From Bacteroidales bacterium (GTDB taxonomy: Bacteria > Bacteroidota > Bacteroidia > Bacteroidales > UBA1715): a stretch of DNA of 64,000 nt. The notes under the pieces were generated by a model. It did no database searches. It saw only the letters and a program-made list of their open reading frames with translations, and was not told the DNA's origin. The stretch's first letter is position 1. Each line of letters begins with the position of its first letter. Positions 37,801-43,911 of the stretch are shown here, one piece after another. The position numbers and the translations under genes are program-made. The stretch is taken from assembly GCA_045599365.1 (NCBI GenBank), contig JAZRVS010000045.1, forward strand, positions 37,375 through 101,374. The letters are read 5' to 3'.

Positions 37801-40768
37801 TTGCAGTCGCAGAATAGGTAATACTACCCTTCTGTTTGATTTGCAACATCGGAATTTTCCATTCCACAACATCTCTGCCATCAGCAATTTTATAGTTACG
37901 CCAGGTTGCACCACTACTTGCCAAAGGACAGCTACCTTGAAAAGCCACAAAAGTTAACCCTTTTGGCAAAGTATCTACAATAACCACATTTTCGGCATCA
38001 CGACCTGCCATTGGACCTGTACCCAAAATACGACGCCACGTGTAACCATCAAATTCTTCCACCAATATATTTGGGATTGTATATTTTGGAGTTTCACAAA
38101 TTGAAGGATTGTAGGTATTGACGACTCTTTCTATTGATTGTCCAGTTGTCGGGTCAATTTCCTGCCAACTTGGGGTTACAGGATAATAGTTACCATCATC
38201 TGCATCTTTTGCACTTGCATTCCATGACCAGTCATCGGTATAGTTTGTAGAAGACCAATCGCTTGGATACAAATAACCAGCAACACGCAATGGCTCGGCA
38301 CCTCCACGATGCACGCGAGAACCCATACCATAGTAGTTACTGATATGTCCAGTACTTGTTACCAACAACGGTGCAAAACGCAAAATCATACGTTGGTTCC
38401 ATTTACCATAACTATCACTTCCTTCAACCACTGTTTCATGACTAACTGAAATTTGATCACTTGCAGTTCGTTTACCTTCGTAAATTGCAGTGTACCAACC
38501 CCAACCAGCTCCGCCAGCACTAGAAAGTTTTTTCATACTGGCATCATACAAATAGTACGAAATTCGATAGTTCCCATAATTGATATATGGCTCTATAGCA
38601 TCATTGTACAAACGGAATTTCAGCCACATTTGCGACCCATCTTGCGTATTTGCAAATGCAACCCCAACACGCGGACGACCACCATCCAACCAGCCAGCCT
38701 CCGATGAGTTTTCAAAGTTGATTGTATAATTTACAATTGCTCCTGGATTCGCCTGTTCACGGTCTGCTGTCTTTTCTATTAAAAGAGAACGCTTTATTAC
38801 ATCTACACAGTTACGCTGCATTGTTGGCGTAATTGCATTTGGATACTCGTTTGAAGTCCAACCCAAACCATTTGAGCAAGTAATTTCAGCTGTTGTACAA
38901 TATCGTCCTGAAGCCTCTGGGCCAATTTTTACATCATACGACACACGTCCTTTTGTAACATCCAATCCATCAGTTTGAAAGCCAGGAACGGTTCCAACAG
39001 TCCACGTAACGGTATGACTTGTTGCATCATAAACGCCGCCATTAGTTGCACTCACAAAAACAAAATCATCGGGAACGTATTCTACAATTTTAACACCTTT
39101 TGCATCAACAGAACCATAATTTCGATAATCCAAATGATACGTTATAACATCGCCTGTGTAGGCACACGACACACTATCTTCAACGACACGATATATCTTC
39201 ATGTTTGGTTGAGGAACCATTTTACTCGGAGCTTGATGGTTTCCCGTTGCTATCAACATTCCCAGTAAACGGAAAAATCCGTGGAAATAAACAGGCACAC
39301 TGGTAAGATAACCATCCCCACCAGTTTTTACATCCCATTCTATGTTACATTGGCGATACAACTGACCCAGCAATTCCAAATCCTGAGCAGCAACCGCAGA
39401 AGGAGTTCCACACGCAGGAACCCAGTTCAATGTAAACGCAGACTTTGGGAAATAACCGTTCGGTTCAAGATCCCAGTTCAATGTACTTGGACCTTTGTAT
39501 GTAACAGAGGGGCCTCCACCATATTCGGTACACGCAGCGCCGCTGCCCCAACCTTGAGGATTATTCATAAACCCTGAAAATTGTTTTGCTGCATTCAACT
39601 CATAGGTGTTTCCACCATCAACTACTTTGTGGGTTGTTGGATTCCATGAGTACGTAGGATTTCCGTGCCAAACATAATTCAAAGCAGTACGCCAAGGTGA
39701 ACGGAAACGACCACCCTGATTACCAGCAGACATTGTGACCACGTTTGCGTTACTAACCGAAGCAACTTCACCTACGAAAATATTCGTACCCGATTGACTC
39801 ACCCAATTTCCAACCATCCAATCGCCCGAAGCCTCGGCTCTACGATATTGTTCACGTTCCCAAGCAGGAGAATAGTCCAAATCCAATTTTTCCAACAAAT
39901 CATGAAACTCGCGAAAATAACCTGTTGCCAAATAGTCAGTATGCATTTGCTGTGGACCACCATATTCAGGATACTTTTGTATACCATCTTCTACGTAGTA
40001 ATTGGCAGCCTGACTTGCCCAACCCGTAATTTCATTCCAAGTATCACCATTTTTCATATACCCATCAAAACCAATCTCACCAGTATTATTACGTTGAGGA
40101 TTTTCGGTTGGGAAACGAGTACTCATAGCAACAAGACCGCGAATCACATCAATCATTTCTTTCTTGTACGAAATCATATTTCCACGCGAATCACGAACAC
40201 CCATATCGTCGCCCCACTGCATCCAAGCAACATACAAAGCAAGTGCAATATCAACGTCACCATCTGTAGCAGAGTTTGCATTGTCCTTCAAGGCATAATC
40301 CCCATAGGCATAATTAGGCTCAAACACTACGCCATCAATGTAACGTGGCTGTTTTACACGGGCCTTATCATGAACACACATCCACAATCCATCAAATGAA
40401 GTTTTATCACCCATGAGTGCCGCAGCCAAAAGAGAATATCCATCACCTTCACGACAATCGTACGGACAACCAATATTACCGCGGATATATTTCACGCCTC
40501 CGACGGCATCGCCAGTATAAGTCCATTCATTTGCAAAAATCTGATAGGCATCACGAATATCCTGCTCCATTTCCGCATGAACAACACCTTCGGGATTACG
40601 GGTTCCAAGGTTATCAAGGCGATGCGAATCGCCCCACGAATAATCTAAAAACTGAGGGAATGGGAATCGTGGATTCCCAGAATTGATATGTACGGTAACT
40701 TCATTTTGAGCGTGAAGACCTAATACTAATAAAATAGAGCCTAAAAGACTTAAAATTTTATATTTCAT
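28889..40768 (-). CDS. giant (3,959 aa) secreted multi-domain protein: signal peptide, GH8-like domain, DUF11-like modules, ~30 Ig-like domains, PKD-like domain, T9SS type-B C-terminal domain
   Basis: A single ORF with no interruptions. The signal peptide is MKYKILSLLGSILLVLGLHAQ. Domain evidence is given in the sub-features below. Confidence 0.9.
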   Translation of the reverse strand: MKYKILSLLGSILLVLGLHAQNEVTVHINSGNPRFPFPQFLDYSWGDSHRLDNLGTRNPEGVVHAEMEQDIRDAYQIFANEWTYTGDAVGGVKYIRGNIGCPYDCREGDGYSLLAAALMGDKTSFDGLWMCVHDKARVKQPRYIDGVVFEPNYAYGDYALKDNANSATDGDVDIALALYVAWMQWGDDMGVRDSRGNMISYKKEMIDVIRGLVAMSTRFPTENPQRNNTGEIGFDGYMKNGDTWNEITGWASQAANYYVEDGIQKYPEYGGPQQMHTDYLATGYFREFHDLLEKLDLDYSPAWEREQYRRAEASGDWMVGNWVSQSGTNIFVGEVASVSNANVVTMSAGNQGGRFRSPWRTALNYVWHGNPTYSWNPTTHKVVDGGNTYELNAAKQFSGFMNNPQGWGSGAACTEYGGGPSVTYKGPSTLNWDLEPNGYFPKSAFTLNWVPACGTPSAVAAQDLELLGQLYRQCNIEWDVKTGGDGYLTSVPVYFHGFFRLLGMLIATGNHQAPSKMVPQPNMKIYRVVEDSVSCAYTGDVITYHLDYRNYGSVDAKGVKIVEYVPDDFVFVSATNGGVYDATSHTVTWTVGTVPGFQTDGLDVTKGRVSYDVKIGPEASGRYCTTAEITCSNGLGWTSNEYPNAITPTMQRNCVDVIKRSLLIEKTADREQANPGAIVNYTINFENSSEAGWLDGGRPRVGVAFANTQDGSQMWLKFRLYNDAIEPYINYGNYRISYYLYDASMKKLSSAGGAGWGWYTAIYEGKRTASDQISVSHETVVEGSDSYGKWNQRMILRFAPLLVTSTGHISNYYGMGSRVHRGGAEPLRVAGYLYPSDWSSTNYTDDWSWNASAKDADDGNYYPVTPSWQEIDPTTGQSIERVVNTYNPSICETPKYTIPNILVEEFDGYTWRRILGTGPMAGRDAENVVIVDTLPKGLTFVAFQGSCPLASSGATWRNYKIADGRDVVEWKIPMLQIKQKGSITYSATANFPSGAKCQSADEDIDNLAWIYADLNSPIADTATITVTCAKVPEPVKPTTLVKTSDVETVSVGDVVTFDLEYEQTHGYINNNAGENASDWSGGSVSGGKVTNNSGTTAMYNNSTCKNIFVEFGASLTEYAEATFIFRGDQKVTVKKDYGVLIVTYGSKTERVAESSANIHFAIDLSGSILRLWNSADTSASAPFTVDNVPVKEGKFGFNSPAHGNHTYSKIHVHTDYAYNLKIVDDFPSELEFVSATDGGTYTDGKVVWTKEQGMDNPIPFGKKYAVSVTAKVKECSEKVINEAHVELLGHANDEIRAQSVLECGASCPPKPTVSTPITYCEGETATALTAIGTALKWYTSATGGTGQTSITPSTTTAGTTTYYVSQTANGCEGPRAAIDVVVNPRPTTPTITSDSPYCVGDKITLSAPLMEDATYAWEGPNAFSSTDRQPEITSADADNAGTYSVVVTSKDGCKSEAGEATIVVNAIPDKPTITTPVQYCQNESVTDEVSATGTALKWYTTETGATEFTTLVPSTSAVGSVHYYVSQTIDGCESERADLEVKTLEPPSKPEITTNSPVCAGSNISLSTDAEGTYIWSGPNSFTSAEQNPEISSATTTSAGEYSLIVKVGNCYSEAETTTIVVNPLPATPMPTNDGHQCDGEEITLSVPTITNATYAWTGPNSFTSTEQNPTITASASTIGEYSVIVTVTDCPSEAGKTIVTYYEIPEKPEITTPIQYCQNETVTDEVTAEGTNLSWYTSETGITKYTSLVPVTTTVGSVHYYVSQMVNGCESERADLEVKTLEPPTTPIITTNSPVCAGSDLTLGTTSEGSYIWTGPNSFTSTEQNPTISGTTASAAGEYSVIVKVGNCTSEAGTATVVVNPIPTIAIDPVNPVCVDSENITLNATVTPTGGTGSFTGDGITGSVFSPSIAGVGTHEITYNYEVNGCSLYETITIVVQDKPEVSFVLPTTACKNGSVIALNGNQTGGSFTATPSLDLTSGFVPANATVGQEYTITYEYTDGVCTNSTSKTITVYDPAKPIGTDVSKVYTKVTSGNVPTLTATGVNQIWYSDEALTTQVGTGASYTPDESIVIDGSTGKIGTYTYYVVSTDGGCVSEKTAVTFEISSCAAEAPIPVENLVAVCYGETDNAKKTLTVSAGSGNVRWYYNNAIVQEEETTTFVPTLTDAGSYTFYVSLYDTEANCESGKSSITYKINELPVVSFSPTAEVCAGSAEIDFSTFKSQVDGKVFDATNAEITSFNPTSSGTYSFTYSYTDANECTNTKNASIVVNALPEIAITTVPDKCEYDSEFDLSAFATPTGGKFTGDGVSLNTKFNPSAVTAGSSSEITYTYSDEKSCTNSQTFNVNVIARPEVTFTTPNPMCVGADIVDFKQYVTPNTGTFAGEHISGTEFNPEVAGSFDITYTITTSGCTTEVVKSAKVNTLPDITLTTNAVECVNTGEISPTLSPVGGTLTIDDVIATTINTNTLSVGNHTLKYAYTDANNCSNDKSQSIEIRKIEKPSVSDKSIVMTSSDLSITAIGNGGTLVWTDPNGGKTTANSISHPNSNVAGEWEYCVTESDGTCTSEPACMTFTVIDCPTPAPTVTVADTIHILSSVTDVLMTEICASDNVPTFFVEGESGATLTWYDGNTGNPISTTNPEAFKNDIAKGKPGTYYWNVTQTTTGINGCEGVATRVGVVINPNPIISISNAKTDFCDYDEEVALATSTDITGGTFSFSGEAVSGNTFAPAEATTIGSAITITANYEAPTGCKATTTKDFTVHHVDQLSVTSPVTQLATDYETILKVTPDGTNKVTWYDACTSKNKITTGSTFSTGLVGEKSEDYGVTQTDKFGCESECATIQVNRIKCPTPAPTVAIADFEICATDEVPTFEASGEGSIFNWYENGALISNEASFAPTDVQGKAGSYSWTVTQTTTGVNGCEGIATPVTLKINPSPEIEITIDDIICFNEGIKTPISNLAGTIFKFDNQTITKIDPTDFGAGIYELSYSYNDPVTGCPAVSAANNCYDNMCLKQNIEIREIAPVKVANITQLVTADKFEVSIKSGNGGAYTWIDEDNNLLAIGATINHQYENVVGSWTYCVTENDGVCSSDPSCLTYSIINCPVPAPTIIETEIIACINETMPTFEALESDDYTIRWYNENDMSTIVAIGNSFSPNNVTNAGEYKYYATQYDDVCEGLPTLITLDMKSTPQPKITGNKTICENDELTLTADVEALWYSNEDMKIADAIATQHTVSYETAGSYTIYATRQSDYCTSNPVSLTIQVNAIPAPPIVNVDNVCEGTDVLFTADGTDIQWYRNSISVGEGTTYSESNLLPGNITIGATQTINGCTSPIQEATATIYGIPAKPTAVSQTICDYNNIVDLEVLTQGEAIATWYSDEELNIQIATGNSYTPYKKENQSYFVTQTENGCESEASKVSLTVNPKPADLTFKQTNDIEVCEGNQAVIIAESSNTVHWYENPTGRPIFTGRYFTVPDTEVGEYVYYASQTDNAGCESDKVTKKVKIVAGPTFAIIVKQDTLCEYDKPGRLIVTRQSENESVSWISPTGATICLGDTLDVPKDLIKKAGVYNFKARTTVATCSFETRKETTLKYVVNPKPAKPTITKDAFCFDGQPVTLTTKAQNPIWFNENKNVVSALSQEYPTPHSAVGNYNVYMTQTIKDCISDTAKISFLISDIPMPKIMGETGVCAGESEAYVVTKSAEGNIIKWSVTGNRVSTELSSYSSGFVRSIDWTSIGFDTISVAETNKYGCVGTTEFPVEVIGIPDAQFIGETLGQEGVVTFSNLSEPQIVSDKGTEKEYHVDYFWDFGRKTDTALVLQNNKIFEELYRYGNYTAELTAINEYGCENSIRGSFFVDVEHGLFVPTAFCPTNPASEVRVFKPKGFNCRTFKIWIYDNWNNLVYYSEGVNESGCPIAEWDGKVNDKLMQSGLYRYKIEVTYEDSEEDNLRKVQTVKPFWGSVMLMR
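28892..29206 (-). other. T9SS type-B (gliding-motility-associated, TIGR04131-like) C-terminal sorting domain, aa 3855-3959
   Basis: VPTAF...FKPKGF...FKIWIYDNWNNLVYYSEG...WDGKVNDKLMQSGLYRYKIEV...GSVMLMR follows the type-B CTD pattern. The usual FTPNGDGxND motif reads FCPTNPASE. Confidence 0.65.
29207..29500 (-). other. PKD-like domain, aa ~3757-3854
   Basis: VTFSNLSEP...YFWDFG...YGNYTAELTAINEYGC follows the PKD signature WDFGDG...Y...G.Y.V.L.v.n..GC. Confidence 0.55.
31208..33280 (-). repeat. higher-order protein repeat: three-domain module repeated ~2.7 times (aa ~2497-3187)
   Basis: Linker CPTPAPTV occurs at aa 2575 (nt 33044-33046) and aa 2845 (nt 32234-32236), and CPVPAPTI at aa 3099. 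Spacing is 270 and 254 aa. Flanking domains are collinear (GNGG...W.D...YCVTE.DG.C; PTF...WY...QTTTG.NGCEG). Confidence 0.7.
35168..36361 (-). repeat. higher-order tandem duplication: 238-aa (714-nt) three-domain unit, 1.67 copies (aa 1470-1867)
   Basis: Copy A is aa 1470-1707 (nt 35648-36361). Copy B is aa 1708-1867 (nt 35168-35647). By hand count, 115 of the first 157 aligned residues are identical. The antisense track ORFs 35025..35486 and 35982..36200 end in near-identical peptides 714 nt apart. Confidence 0.85.
36857..39223 (-). other. DUF11-like repeat modules with large insertions, aa ~516-1304
   Basis: YTGDVITYHLDYRNYG...IVEYVPDDFVFVSATNGG, NPGAIVNYTINFEN, VIVDTLPKGLTFVAF and KIVDDFPSELEFVSATDGG are DUF11-type strands. 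The insert at aa ~1070-1215 (GKFGFNSPAHGNHTYSKIHVH) looks like a lectin/jelly-roll. Confidence 0.45.
39224..40705 (-). other. glycoside hydrolase family 8-like domain, aa ~22-515
   Basis: CREGDGYSLLAAAL (Glu107, nt 40448-40450) sits in place of the SEGxxYGM acid motif. SATDGDVDIALALYVAWMQW (ATDGD is aa 167-171, nt 40256-40270) fits the PROSITE GH8 pattern except at one position (Tyr for [LIVMG]). Confidence 0.65.
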
Positions 40769-40846
40769 AGCAATAAAATTCCTTTTTTTATTACATAATC
40801 ATTAGCAAAGTCAAAATCTTTGTTTGCAGACTTCGCAGTAGTCGTA

Positions 40847-40854
40847 CAAATTTA
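40847..40854 (-). promoter_or_regulatory. candidate -7 promoter box (TAAATTTG on minus strand) for the giant gene
   Basis: Plus-strand CAAATTTA is the reverse complement of TAnnTTTG, 79 nt upstream of ATG 40768. Confidence 0.4.
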
Positions 40855-40911
40855 TAAAAAATATTGAATTATGAAAGACTTTTATGTCTTTGAGTAAGTG
40901 CAAAAATCCCA

Positions 40912-40919
40912 CAAACTTA
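40912..40919 (-). promoter_or_regulatory. alternative -7 promoter box (TAAGTTTG on minus strand) for the giant gene
   Basis: Plus-strand CAAACTTA, 144 nt upstream of the ATG. It lies 21 nt from the Fur-box-like sequence. Confidence 0.3.
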
Positions 40920-40939
40920 GATTAGTGTGATATTACATT

Positions 40940-40958
40940 GATAATGATAAACATTTTG
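40940..40958. promoter_or_regulatory. Fur-box-like sequence GATAATGATAAACATTTTG
   Basis: 16 of 19 positions match the E. coli Fur consensus GATAATGATAATCATTATC, and the first 11 are exact. A second half-site-like TATCATTATG lies near 41022-41031. Confidence 0.3.
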
Positions 40959-41173
40959 ATTGTAATTTAGTTGTTAGTTACTAAATATCAGTTGATAGAC
41001 GAATCTTTTTGTGTAATCTACTTATCATTATGAAAATCAAGCTAAAAGTCGCCTACTGATACATAGTTGTGAATGATTATACTACTGAACTTGCGTATTG
41101 TAATCAGTACTTTTTATTATTATCATTAGTTCCGCAACACTAATCACTAAATATTGATTATCTTTGCCCAGTT

Positions 41174-41245
41174 GGCTTCGTAGTTCAATGGATAGAATGG
41201 TAGTTTCCGGAACTATAGATTAGGGTTCGATTCCCTACGAAGCCA
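41174..41245 (+). tRNA. tRNA-Arg (anticodon CCG)
   Basis: Cloverleaf built by hand. Acceptor GGCTTCG/CGAAGCC, D arm GTTC-AATGGATA-GAAT, anticodon arm GTAGT-TTCCGGA-ACTAT, T arm TAGGG-TTCGATT-CCCTA, discriminator A. 72 nt, CCA not encoded. Confidence 0.9.
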
Positions 41246-41253
41246 CAAAAAAT

Positions 41254-41288
41254 AAAACGCAAATTAGATTATCTCTAATTTGCGTTTT
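41254..41288. terminator. bidirectional hairpin terminator between tRNA-Arg and feoAB
   Basis: Perfect 15-bp stem AAAACGCAAATTAGA / TCTAATTTGCGTTTT with a 5-nt loop and T-runs on both strands. Confidence 0.8.
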
Positions 41289-41290
41289 TA

Positions 41291-43705
41291 TTATGCATTT
41301 AGAAAAATATTACCTAAGAAGAATGTCAGCCATGCAGTAATCCAAGCAACGGCAGTTGGGTAGAGGATAGAAAATACAACCCATCGTTTCTTCCCTGATT
41401 CGGCATAAATAGCGGAAAGCGTTGCTATACATGGGAAACAAAGTAACATAAAAACCATCATTGCTAATGCAGATGCGCTTGAGAATGTTCCAGTTGCAAG
41501 AATGGAATTCCCTAATGTTTCATCGTTATTATTGTCATATAAAACACCTAACGTACTAACAACTATTTCTTTTGCTGGAATACTTGAGAGAATTGCAATG
41601 CTTGCTCGCCAATCTAAGCCAAGCGGTTTCATAACAGGTTCTATAGTTTTCCCTATTTTTGCTAAGTAGGAATTTTCGTAATCTATTTCGTTTGCAGCAG
41701 AAGAAACTATAGTGGAATTCCCTTCACTATCAACGACCTTTTCTATTGGTCTTGGAAAATATGACAATAACCAAATGATAATTGATGCTCCTAAGATAAC
41801 AGTGCCAATTTTTTTGAGATAGTGAAATAGTTTATCCCACATGTGCTTGAGAACCGCTACAATAGTAGGCATTCTGTAAGGAGGTAATTCCATCACAAAT
41901 GGGGTTTCATCTTCGCCAAACTTGGTTGTACGAAGTAATTTTGCTGTTACAATAGCCGTAACAATTCCTAAAAGGTATAGTAGAATCATAATTGTTGCTG
42001 CATTGTTAGGAAAAAACGTGCCTGTAAACAATACGTATATTGGCAGTCGCGCACTACAAGACATAAATGGCACTATCAACATGGTGATTATTCTGCTACT
42101 TCGACTTTCAATTGTTCGTGTGGCAAGAATTGCTGGAGCATTGCAGCCAAATCCCATCAACATTGGGATAAACGATTTCCCATGCAGTCCCATATTGTGC
42201 ATAAAATTGTCCATAAGAAAGGCTGCACGCGACATATAGCCAGAATCTTCCATTAAAGAAATAAAAAGATAAAGAAGAAGTATATTTGGCACGAAAGAAC
42301 ATATAGCTCCAATACCAGCAATTATTCCATCTACTAAAAGAGAGCGCCATGCGTTGTTTGGCATAATAGAATTAAACCAGTCGCTCAATGCTGTAAATCC
42401 AGAATCTATCCAATCTTGTGGGTATGCACCCAATTTGAAGGTTACGAAAAACATTAACCACATTACGAATATGAACAATGGAAATCCTAACCATTTGTTT
42501 GCTACCAATGTATCTATTTTTCGAGTGTGCTTGTTGATGTCAATATTTCCAATGGTATATGTTTCGTGTAAAGCTCCCGAGATAAATCCGTATTTTGCGT
42601 CACTTAAAGCCGTTTCTACGTCTGTATCTAATTGACGTTGAATTCTTTCCGATGACTCTTTCGCTGTTTCGCACCATTCTGTATAGTGACCACAATTTCG
42701 CAATACTTCAATTGCTTCTTGGTCATTTTCAATCATTTTAATTGCCCAGTATCGAGCAGGGAATTGTTGTGGCAAGTCGGTTGCCTCGTGCATTTTATTG
42801 GTCAAAGCAAGAATTTCAGGCTCCATAACGCTCCCATAATTGATGTGAACGTGGCGCGCATATTTGTTCCTTCCTTCAAACAATTCTATTATGGTGTCGA
42901 GTAGTTTATCAAGTCCTTGTCCATTTTTCGCAATTGTTGGTACCATAGGAATACCCATAAGGGACCCAAGCCTTTCGTAGTCAAGTATTGCGCCACTTGC
43001 AGAAAGTTCATCGTACATATTTAATGCAACAACAACTCGTTGACTTAAATCAATCAGTTCAGTAGTCAAATAAAGATTTCGTTCTAAATTTGAAGCGACC
43101 ACAGCATTGATAATAACGTCAGGCATAGAAGATTGTAAATGACGGCGCACATATACTTCTTCGGGGGAGTAGGCAGAAAGTGAGTATGTTCCAGGTAAAT
43201 CGGTTACGTTAAAGTGGTATCCTCGGTAGTTGAAGTGTCCAGTCTTTACATCAACAGTTACGCCACTATAATTGCCGACATGTTCGTTGCTCCCAGAAAG
43301 AGCATTGAAAAGAGATGTTTTTCCACTATTGGGATTGCCTACGAACGCTATGTTGATAATATTTCGTTGGGTCGTTTTGTGTAGATTTGATAAACAATTT
43401 GAATTGCATGCACTGCAATCTCCACAAGCATAATAATTTGGTGCTTTTGCATCTTCGGCGGAAAGTACAGAATCTGCATCTTCTTCCGAAAGGACAGTAA
43501 TAAGTTCGGCTTCGCGTCGTCGAAGAGAAACATCATATCCCATAATAGAGTATTTTATAGGGTCATTCATAGGAGCATTTATTACTGAAGTGACTTTTTG
43601 ACCTCGAACAAATCCCATTTCCATAATTCTTCTTCGAAATCCTCCGTGCCCTGATACTCTTACTATAACGGCAGTTTCACCATTTTTTAAATCTGATAAT
43701 TTCAT
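41291..43705 (-). CDS. feoB: ferrous iron transporter, FeoA-FeoB fusion
   Basis: N-terminal FeoA SH3-like domain (LSDLKNGETAVIVRV...). G-domain motifs GNPNSGKTSLFN, DLPG and NMYD. Polytopic C-terminal membrane domain. 804 aa. Confidence 0.92.
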   Translation of the reverse strand: MKLSDLKNGETAVIVRVSGHGGFRRRIMEMGFVRGQKVTSVINAPMNDPIKYSIMGYDVSLRRREAELITVLSEEDADSVLSAEDAKAPNYYACGDCSACNSNCLSNLHKTTQRNIINIAFVGNPNSGKTSLFNALSGSNEHVGNYSGVTVDVKTGHFNYRGYHFNVTDLPGTYSLSAYSPEEVYVRRHLQSSMPDVIINAVVASNLERNLYLTTELIDLSQRVVVALNMYDELSASGAILDYERLGSLMGIPMVPTIAKNGQGLDKLLDTIIELFEGRNKYARHVHINYGSVMEPEILALTNKMHEATDLPQQFPARYWAIKMIENDQEAIEVLRNCGHYTEWCETAKESSERIQRQLDTDVETALSDAKYGFISGALHETYTIGNIDINKHTRKIDTLVANKWLGFPLFIFVMWLMFFVTFKLGAYPQDWIDSGFTALSDWFNSIMPNNAWRSLLVDGIIAGIGAICSFVPNILLLYLFISLMEDSGYMSRAAFLMDNFMHNMGLHGKSFIPMLMGFGCNAPAILATRTIESRSSRIITMLIVPFMSCSARLPIYVLFTGTFFPNNAATIMILLYLLGIVTAIVTAKLLRTTKFGEDETPFVMELPPYRMPTIVAVLKHMWDKLFHYLKKIGTVILGASIIIWLLSYFPRPIEKVVDSEGNSTIVSSAANEIDYENSYLAKIGKTIEPVMKPLGLDWRASIAILSSIPAKEIVVSTLGVLYDNNNDETLGNSILATGTFSSASALAMMVFMLLCFPCIATLSAIYAESGKKRWVVFSILYPTAVAWITAWLTFFLGNIFLNA

Positions 43706-43911
43706 TGCTTAAATTTGTCTATGCGAATATAGGAAAATTTGTGATTTTTAAAAAAATGAAGTGTTTTTGGGAGAGATGATGTCGTTGAGGTACAAGTGTA
43801 ATCTGTTCATTTACTTTTTTTTAATGAAATTTTCTAAAAAAACGCTGATTTTTTATCGTTTTACAAAGAATATATATATATTTACGGTGCGAAATTTGTA
43901 ATTCTTCGATT

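Noticed and set aside
29003-40686. About 35 plus-strand track ORFs of 60-201 aa lying antisense to the giant gene, for example 39794..40399 (201 aa), 35025..35486 and 33381..33752.
   Set aside because: All are fully contained in the 3,959-codon minus-strand ORF. They have low-complexity or odd composition (Ile/Thr/His/Cys-rich) and carry no recognisable motif. Long antisense frames are expected opposite a gene this long, rich in Thr, Gly, Val and Pro codons. Their mutual similarity simply mirrors the sense-strand domain repeats.
28889-41245. The giant gene as a tRNA-Arg-associated genomic island.
   Set aside because: There is no integrase, transposase or direct repeat of the tRNA 3' end that I could spot. 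The distal end of the gene is start/stop-overlapped with housekeeping dgt. The slightly higher G+C of the gene is explained by its Thr/Gly/Ala/Pro-rich protein composition.
43776-43901. A 41-codon ORF (MMSLRYKCNLFIYFFLMKFSKK...) and an (AT)6 microsatellite (43870-43881) in the feoAB / 43912-gene intergenic region.
   Set aside because: The ORF is AT-rich and low-complexity with no promoter box or conserved motif. The dinucleotide repeat is too short to be meaningful. I also found no convincing Fur box or TAnnTTTG box here, so the feoAB promoter remains unassigned.
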